Assembly: GCA_964016885.1 (NCBI GenBank)
Contig: OZ024754.1
Span: forward strand, 42,594,001-42,658,000
Direction of reading: 5' to 3'
DNA: 64,000 bases
Source: Eledone cirrhosa
Lineage: Eukaryota
Shown in pieces: positions 55,369 to 64,000 of the stretch. Position 1 is the stretch's first letter; each line of letters starts with the position of its first letter. Made by a program: the position numbers and the translations under genes. The notes under the pieces are model-generated. The model was not told the origin of the DNA and did not search any database. It was given only the letters and a program-made list of their open reading frames with translations.

Positions 55369-57134
55369 GTTTGATTTCGTCAAAGCTTACATAACATGTG
55401 AAACTCTGACTCTGCTAACACGTTCCTGGTTCAATCAAGAAATATTGAATAAGGATGACAGAAAACAAACAAAACAAAACAAACAAGCAAATAAGAAAAC
55501 CTCAAAATAAACTTTAAATAATAATAATAATAATAATAATAATTGTTTCTACTTTTGGCACAAGGCCAGCAATTATACCAGTGTATTACTGGTACAATAA
55601 AGATAAAGAGTGGTGAGTTGGCTGAATGTCATAGAATTTTTAGTTTCATGTTCAAATCTTTCTGAAGACATGGACTTTGTCTTTTATCTGTCTGGGATTA
55701 ATAAAACAAGTACCAGTAATATATTCAGGTCAATTCCATTGATGCTACCTCCTCTGCCATATAAAATTTAAAAAAATAGCTTTGTACCTTTTTTTGAGAA
55801 GAGATTACTATTAACCCTTTTATTACCATATTTCTAATGAAAGACTGTCCCCTATAGTTTAACTCTTTTATTACAATATTTCTAATGAAAGACTCTGTCC
55901 CCTATTGTTTAATGAAAGACTCTGTCCCCTATAGTTTAATGAAAGACTCTGTCCCCTATAGTTTAATAGATAATGATTAACACTTCAAAATAAACAGTTC
56001 TGTATTATAGAACTAGGAATGTTTTCGTGGGAGGTGTTTGGTACCAAAAGAGTTATCAAAGATTACAGATTAAGATTAACCGTCTCATGACAGTATTTCT
56101 AACACAATATACATTCTCTCTCTCCGTCTCTCTCTCATAGAAATCTGCTGTGTTAGGAGCTGGAGAGGGATGAGCTCCAATAACTTCAGATGTCCAAAAC
56201 ACACCGTGTGTCAGTACAACGCCACTCAAAAGTCCATCAGAAGTGCTCTCCCTTTCCTCTCTCATATCTGTGTTACACCCACCCACCCCATCTGTATAAA
56301 CAAGAAATGACTCTGATCTCCTTCTTGCCATAATCTTTATTATTAAGTTTAATCAATGTTCTATTCTCTGGCACTCATTCAGTGAAATTATTTAGATTCT
56401 GTTGGCATTAATCCTTTAGCATTTAAACTGACCATATCCGGCCAGATTCTCTCACCTCTTTCTGTTCAAACTGGCCACTCATACTGTTGTTAAGGTATTG
56501 TTCTCAAAATAAATAATATTAAAATCTCATAAATTCCATATTATGTGAGATAATTATGTGAGGTAAAGCCTTTACTGCGAAAATATAATAGTAAATATAG
56601 AGTAATGTAAATGTTATGTGAGATAATTATGTGAGGTAAAGCCTTTATTGCGAAAATATAATAGTAAATATAGAGTAATGTAAATGTTATGTGAGATAAT
56701 TATGTGAGGTAAAGTCTTTACTGTGAAAATACAATAGTATATATAGAGTAATGTAAATGTTATGTGAGATATTATGTGAGGTAAAGCCTTTACTGTGAAA
56801 ATATAATAGTAAATATAAAGTAATGTAAATAGCCTCACTATCACCTCTGGCAGTGTTGTGTGTTGGCTAACCTTGAATATTATTAGAGGGAGACGCATCA
56901 GACACCATGTTCTGCAGCATAGAGTTATGGCCCTTTTACGTTCTGAGTTCAAATCGCGCCTATGTTAACTTTGCTTTTCATTCTTACAGTGTGGATAAAA
57001 TAAAGTACTAGTAATACACTAAGGTAATTGCTGGCCTTGTGCTAAAATTATTGTGATAGTGTGCAGGTCTTCTCTAAGTATTTCTTTTTTTTTCCTTCTT
57101 TATTATTCCCTTTTTTATTTTTTTATTTTTTTAA

Positions 57135-57785
57135 CTGTTTAATTAATTACTACATTGTTTTGACTGTGTTTAATTAATTAATAAATTACTACATTGTTTT
57201 GATTCTGTTTAATTAATTAATAAATTACTATATTGTTTTGACTGTTTAATTAATTGATAAATTACTACATCGTTTTGACTGTTTAATTAATTGATAAATT
57301 ACTACATCGTTTTGATTGTGTTTAATTAATTAATACATTACTACATCGTTTTGATTGTGTTTAATTAATAAATTACTACATCATTTTGACTGGGTTTAAT
57401 TAATCAATAAATTACTACATCGTTTTGACTGGGTTTAATTAATTAATAAATTACTACATTGTTTTGACTCTGTTTTAATTAATTTGTTCTGGCTCTTTAT
57501 ATTCTGAGTTCCAATCCCATAGCCTTTCATCTTCCCAGGGTCGATAAAATAAACCACCAGTCAAGTACTGGAGTCAATATAATTCACCTTCCCCACCCCA
57601 CAAATTGTTGGCCTTGTACCTAAATTAAAGCCATTAATTAATATACCATTAAAATCATTAATTAATCCACAATTAAATCAATTAATTAACACAATCAAAG
57701 CCATTAATTAATATACCATTAAAGCCATTAATTAATACACCATTAAATCCATTAATTAATATATTAAAGCCATTAATTAATCATT
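57135..57785. repeat. AT-rich TTAATTAA minisatellites in opposite orientation on either side of a SINE fragment
   Basis: tttaattaattaataaattactacat units (57135-57485) and ccattaattaat units (57630-57785). Confidence 0.8.
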
Positions 57786-58720
57786 TGAATTCTAATTACA
57801 TTTTAAGGTCTTTTTTTCTGCTGGAGCAGGGTTTAGCCTTGTGAGCTCCATAACAAGCTTCATACAGATCATAGGGTCCTTTTTGAGGCAACGTTTTATG
57901 ACCAAATGCTCTTTCAACTATTTTAGTCATCTCTTACAACACCCAGGGATTCAGTGTACCTATTGTAAACCAGATAGACACCCTGTCCCCTACAACACTC
58001 AGGGATACAGTGTATTTACAAATAATAACCAAACCCAACTACAGAGACCAAGCAAACAAAAACAAGTGTTTTTCCTTGCTAAAGTAAGTAAACCCTGCTC
58101 TAACAGGGAAAATGGCCTTAAAATAAGTAAACCCTTCCTTAGCAAGGAATATGGCCTTAAAATATTTGCTTGTCATACAGAACAAACAATAGGTGGAAGC
58201 AAGCTCTGCTGGAAAAGACCTGTCCAACCCATGCAACGATGATGATGATGGGGGACAGGCATGGGAGAGAAACCACACACAGGGATTTGAACACTCCACA
58301 CATAACACTAGGTTACCCCTGATACACCAGAGGCAGTGCCTTCTCCCAATTCTTTGGCCCCAACCTACAGCCACGTGTTACCAATCCACGCAGTTAATGT
58401 GGGACTCATTTAGCTACATGTTCCCAGCCCACAGTTAATGTGACGGCTCATTTAGCCACATGTAACTAGCCCACGTAGTTAATGTGATGGCTCATTTTCA
58501 ACATCTATGATATACATTAGATGTTATTTTCTGGTCACATACTGCGAAAAGAATTTAATGAAGAAAAAGGGGTGGCGAAGGGGGAAGGCTGTTTTAACTG
58601 GCCGGCATTAAGATGTTACAGGGTGGCCTCCCTTGAATTACAAGCTAGTGAGACCATTTTTTGTGTGGTTTACTTATAAGAAAATACCTGCTCTTCTTTT
58701 AATATTTATTTTCCTTTCAG

Positions 58721-59175
58721 GAGTGCATCGCCTGTCGTAGTTATTTATTCATGTATATTTACCAATGTATCTAGCTTCAGACAATAACAGCAAAGCCCAA
58801 ATCCCCAAAGTAGTGAAATACTAACAGCCTATAGTTGCAGACATGGCTATAGGCTGCATCTCAACCAATCAACACTTAGTAAGAATTATATATTTGTTGT
58901 ATTAGATATATTTAAATGTCAATAGAATACCTGGCAGTGATGACTGGGATCAAGTTAATATTTAGAAGTGGTGTATAGTAAATGTCTAGAGGATAAATCC
59001 AACAATCCTTTCTGTAAAGTTGAAGAAGTCTGTAGCTTATTTTTATTTTATTTTTCACTCATTTTTATTGATTTGCTTTTTTTTTTTTAAAAATCATATT
59101 CCTTATAGAAATTGTATTTTTATGTACAAAAAATGATCACAAAATGGAATAAATTCTCTTTTCACATGTATAATC
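58721..59175 (+). other. Candidate alternative or terminal exon of GCHFR
   Basis: Strong acceptor cttcttttaatatttattttcctttcag|G at 58720, non-repetitive downstream sequence, AATAAA at about 59148-59153. Confidence 0.4.
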
Positions 59176-60111
59176 CATTCCTAATTGTTTATACATACAT
59201 ACAAGTATGTTATATATATATATAGAGAGAGAGTGTGTGTGTGTATTTCAGTTCAATAATCTGTGTTGATTGATCCAAGCAATCAACTAACTAAAGTGTA
59301 ATCAAGCATAAGCTCTCTACATCATAGATCCATAAAGGTATTACATATATGGTATCAGACAGAGTATTAATATTAAATGAGAAGAAGAGAGATAGTTGTA
59401 CATATTCCCCTGATATGACCAATCCAAGATCAGCAGATCCGACCACAGCGGTCACAGAGAAATATTTAGATTGTGCTGGGCTCTGCTTTGGCACAGCTTT
59501 TCTGCCAAGTTCTCTTCTCCTCCATGCTGGCACAACGGTATTCTGCTATACAGTGTGGCATCAAACATCACAGTCAGCAACATGAGTAGTCGTGTAATGA
59601 AATACAAAGTCATATTTCAACATGTTTGATACCACCTGAAACCAGCTGAGTTCTACAATACAAAACTGTATATAGGTTTAGCTGGTCACCTGACTAGGTT
59701 GCATCTCATTGGGTTTCTTGGGTGTTTTGATGTTAGCAACCCCTGTATTATAGCTACAGCCCACACCTATGTAGGTTTAACTGGCCACCTATGAAGGAAG
59801 ATTTCATAAGGGGTTTCCCAGGTGTTTTGATGTTAGGGGCCCCTGTATTATAGCTATAGCCCACACCTATGTAGGTTTAACTGGCCACCTATGAAGTAAC
59901 ATTTCATAGGTGGTTTCCCAGGTGTTTTGATGTTAGGGGCCCTAATGTTATTGTTTTGTGATGAAATCTGGTTCAAATTTAATTTTTCCTTTTTTTTTTT
60001 TATCCCTTTTATGACTTAGTCAAAAAGGGAAAACAGTACTCACAGCCCTTTTTCAGGGATCTCTGCATCTGGTGTGATGGAAGGAGGAAGGTATTTCACA
60101 TTAAACAAAGT

Positions 60112-60415
60112 TGGAAAACAGTACAGCTCCCATGACTTTCAGAAACATTTTCTCACACTCAAAGTTGCTGAAGCATGGAACAAACTACCTGCATCAGTTG
60201 TTAGCTGTTGGGACACTGCATCCCTCAAAACTTCCATGCTTCTCGAAATTCGCCAACACACCTGATATTCCCCTTCCACACACACGCATGTGTGGTGTGT
60301 GTGTGTATATCATGACTCATACACTGTTCACTTTCGTGACATTTGTACATTATTCTATGTACTATACATGCACCTTTGATAAGTCGTAGTGCACCTGAGC
60401 ACTGTACACAATAAT
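60112..60415 (+). mobile_element. CR1-like LINE 3' end
   Basis: KQYSSHDFQKHFLTLKVAEAWNKLPASVVSC matches the CR1 terminal motif (FF..RV...WN.LP..VV); second copy at 36682-37200. Confidence 0.8.
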
Positions 60416-60699
60416 TTTTTAAAACTCTAATTTGAATATACTACAACCACACTAAAGTATTTCATTACATTTTTGACTTTATTACAGAAGAATCTCTTGA
60501 CAACTTGCCTCAGAATATGGATTCAAGACAAAGTAATTCAGAGAAACGGATGGAGGCTATTGATAAGTAAATTCTAAAGCTATTTGTTCATTGGACACAT
60601 TAAAATGAACAGAAAAACTGCCGTCATTTATTCACTGTTGTTCTCATATTAATTTATTTATAATTTGGGGGGATCTGCCTCTTGTTCAGGTGATGTAAA

Positions 60700-60915
60700 A
60701 CTATCATTACACATCCAATGGAGCATGCTTCATTTCTCTCTAACCTCAGGATATCCTCAGAATTTACAACTCGTGTCTCGCTGCCATACAATATTGCACT
60801 GTTTATACAGACATCATGCAATCTACCCTTCACTCAAAGAGAAAATCCCTTTGTTTTTAACAGAGTTAATAGCGCTCTAAACTTTTTCCAGCCTGTTCTC
60901 ATTCTAGCTACTAAG
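60700..60915 (-). mobile_element. Degraded RTE LINE fragment
   Basis: Reverse complement resembles 49941-50140 (RTGWKKFR...RL.DVCI..A.LYGSET). Confidence 0.65.
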
Positions 60916-61359
60916 CTTTCAGAAAATAATTAGAAATGGTAGCATGCAAAACTAAAATAGCTTTGAGTATTTTGGTTTATCTCAAAAGTCAACTCCACAG
61001 TTATAATGAGTTGGTGCTTATCAATCTCTCTACTTTTCCTCTATCATCAAGTGTACAGTATGTTTTGCATAAGTAAGGCATTGTTTGATTCTAAAAGCGA
61101 TATAGTAGGTCTTCACATGCCTTAAGATGCACAAGGTAACAAGCTTCCACCTGTACAATTAATTTGCCCAAATTCTCGATACACCTGTCCAACTAATTCC
61201 TGTGTCTGAGGTCCTCCTGGAATATTCCATACCGGGTGTTCATGGTTAACAGGCTGTGCACTTTCCGCTAATATTGTCTGTAGGAAATTCTGAAGGTGAC
61301 CATGAAGAAATTAATTTATGAAGAAAGTATATAGCAAAACACCATGGTGCTGCTTGTGT

Positions 61360-61775
61360 GTAACTTGGTAGGTCACATCTCTGTATCACTTGGCAGGTCA
61401 CATTGGTGTCACTTGGTAGGTCACATCTGTGTGTCGCTTGGCAGATCACATCTCTGTGTCTCTTGGCAGGTCTCACATCTCTGTGTCACATTGGTGTCAC
61501 TTAGCAAGTCAGAGATGTGATCTGCCAAGCGACACACAGATATGTGTCACATTGGTGTCACTTAGCAAGTCACATCTCTGTGTCACTTGGCAGGTCACAT
61601 TTGTGTGTCTCATTGGTGTTACTTGGCAAGTCACATCTGTGTCACTTAGCAAGTCACATTGGTGTCACTTAGCAAGTCACATCTGTGTCACTTGGCAGGT
61701 CACATCTCTGTGTCACTTGGCAGGACACATCTGTGTATCTCATTGGTGTCACTTGCCAGGTCACATCTGTGTGTC
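61360..61775. repeat. Degenerate minisatellite (tgtcacttggcaggtcacatct) with an internal inversion
   Basis: About 61510-61546 is the reverse complement of about 61422-61456. Confidence 0.85.
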
Positions 61776-62629
61776 TGCCACCACTCAGACAATGGTTTAT
61801 TTTATGGGGAAGGGAGCTATCTAGTTCTATTTTACTCACAGAGAAAAACGAAAACCCTCAGAATAACATAATTGAAATTTCTGTATATTTCTAAAAAAAA
61901 TATGAATAAATATGTTGAAAAATAATGTGTTTTGTTACATTTGTGTGTGTGTATGTATGTGTGTGTATGTATATATATATATATATATATACACATGATT
62001 TCTTTCGAATGAAACAGTTCTAGTCCTGTAGAAGCCATTTCTATATTAAATCTTGTATATACTCTATGTATTGAGTACCTTAGCGAGGACACTAAGACAC
62101 TGGAACAACCAAGCACCCTGGCGGGCAGCAGTTGTATCTATGAATAGACCTGTAACTCCCGAGGGAATCGTAGAGGTGCCATATTGACATACAGCGCTTC
62201 TAGGGCATTTTTTAAAATCTGGCAGAGTCTCATCTCTCCAGGTCTGAATACAACATATTTCTTCCTGAGAAGGATACAGGGTGAGAGAATGGAATTGAGA
62301 AAGATATATAGAGGAAGAATTCACCCTAGCACTTGACTGGTGCTTTTTTTTTATCGACATTGAATGGATGAAAGACAAAGGTGACCTCGGCGGGATTTGA
62401 ATAGAGCCGAAACGAATACCGCAAGGCACTTTATCCGACGTTCTAAGGATTCTGCCAATTCGCTGCCTAGGAGTATCATCTGATACATTGGTAAAACTAG
62501 TCGTCAAAAATGACAAGAACTTCCAAAATATCTCGAACCACAGGCTGAAAAAAAAAATATATATATACTGTGCTGATAATTGTTAGTAATTGTTAATTTG
62601 ATTCTATTTGGCTACGGTTTCAGTGACCC

Positions 62630-62930
62630 TATCCCTTTCCGGCAGCGGGAAGGGGTAAAATTCTACAGCAGATTTGATAGATATTTAATACGTTATACTG
62701 AGAGAATATGCTGAGTTTTTGGTTGTGAAACTGCATTGAATAAAATTAACACGTATATCAATGTGAACTAATATATGTATATAAATGTGTGCTGTTTCAC
62801 CTGGCTTTATCAGTGATTTTATATCTCTATAAATGAGGGGGTAAATATAGCTGAAAATACTATAAGGGTATGTTTTTATTTGGGTCAGCTTGAATAAAAA
62901 CAAGTCGCACAAGACGAAAATGGCAGCGAC
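62630..62930 (+). promoter_or_regulatory. Putative housekeeping promoter / 5' region of the third gene
   Basis: ETS-like TTTCCGG at about 62636 and YY1-like AAAATGGCAGC over the ATG; CpG-retaining unique sequence. Confidence 0.4.
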
Positions 62931-63041
62931 AGCATTGAGTAAAACTCTGCTCTACGCAAGATTAGGTTTCAGGGTTCATTCAGGCTTTAAATGTAGTCTT
63001 CCTCGACAATACATTGAAACCTGGTCAACAGAGCGTACCAG
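62920..63041 (+). CDS. First coding exon of an unidentified gene, likely a mitochondrial presequence (MAATALSKTLLYARLGFRVHSGFKCSLPRQYIETWSTERT)
   Basis: aaaATGGCAGCG start context, 122-nt open frame, CAG|GTAAGT donor; first 30 residues are rich in Arg/Ser/Leu/Ala and lack acidic residues. Confidence 0.8.
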
Positions 63042-64000
63042 GTAAGTGTCTCAGGTGATTAACCTTTGTTAATTACGTTACATCCATAACGTAATATTTA
63101 CCAGCTGTAAACCACTCATTGCTTCATTAGTATAAATATAACAGCATGATCTCTCGAAGACAATATTTTTTTCTTATTCTGCCTTTGAAACCTTTTATTT
63201 ATTTAATTTTTACAAAGTTGTAATATTTTATAAATTCAATTTTATATAGAAATATCAATATTTTCTCGTCTCTTTAATATATTATATATATATAATGCGC
63301 AGTTTCGCAACACATGCTTTCGATTCTCTTTTGTTACTAGAGCAATAATCATTATTTTTCTAAATAAACATTTACAATTTTTGTTATTGAAATAACTAAA
63401 AATACATAAACGAATTAATGTTCGTAAGAACAACAGCTTTTTGCAGAGTTCACACTAACAAATTCGAAAGTATATATTTACGCTGTGTTAAATATTTCGA
63501 GTATAGTATTTACATTTGATTGTTGTTGTTTTTTTTTTTGTTTTTTTTGTTAATAAATGTTGAATAATTTCATTATTTATTAAAATATTTCTTCAACTGA
63601 AGTACTGAACTTAATTTTAACAAAGCAGTCACGACGAAACGACACAATTTATAATATAATTTGATAACATTGTATAGACTATGTAAGCCGATATAACGGA
63701 CCCACTATATCTGCTTATGTTTATCTACGAGGAAAAAATGAGTTTGGCTAATATGTCTAGAGGAGAGGAAATACGTTTCATTTAAGATAGGCTCGTTCAA
63801 ACAATATCTAGTCTTTATCAATTGTAATATTTTCAATGCTTCATTCACTGTCGTAAAACATTTCATTTGAACAAGTCGAAAGAGAGTACTCTCCCTTTAT
63901 AAATCTTATCACCGCGACTGATATAAATAAATAGGAAGTCGTTAAATGTCCGATTTCAAATTAAAAGTGCTAAAGAAAATCGGACATTTCATACTTAAGG

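Noticed and set aside
56141-56310. Possible extra GCHFR exon after ctctctctcatag
   Set aside because: No GFRP similarity; GCHFR is already complete; no convincing donor.

Overview
AT-rich, repeat-dense animal genomic DNA. The SINE, (TA)n and minisatellite landscape looks like an octopus/coleoid cephalopod; this is inferred, not proven. Nearly all ORFs in the supplied track are simple-repeat artefacts. Three spliced genes can be assembled by hand. (1) A minus-strand RMDN2/3 (PTPIP51/FAM82-type) gene with coding exons at 35672-35419, probably 12008-11955, 7057-6865, 3348-3182 and 1920-1845, which continues off the left edge. (2) A complete plus-strand GCHFR gene (41176-41211, 54484-54578, 55197-55368), head-to-head with RMDN. 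(3) The first coding exon (62920-63041) of an unidentified, probably mitochondrial protein. Introns and spacers hold two tRNA-derived SINE families, TTAA/piggyBac-type MITEs, a deleted Tc1/mariner element, RTE and CR1 LINE ends and many minisatellites. The two main findings are the divergent RMDN-GCHFR pair, which mirrors human RMDN3-GCHFR, and a dense set of fold-back elements in (TA)n tracts that carry minimal type I hammerhead ribozyme motifs (Penelope-like), some lying sense in the pre-mRNAs.
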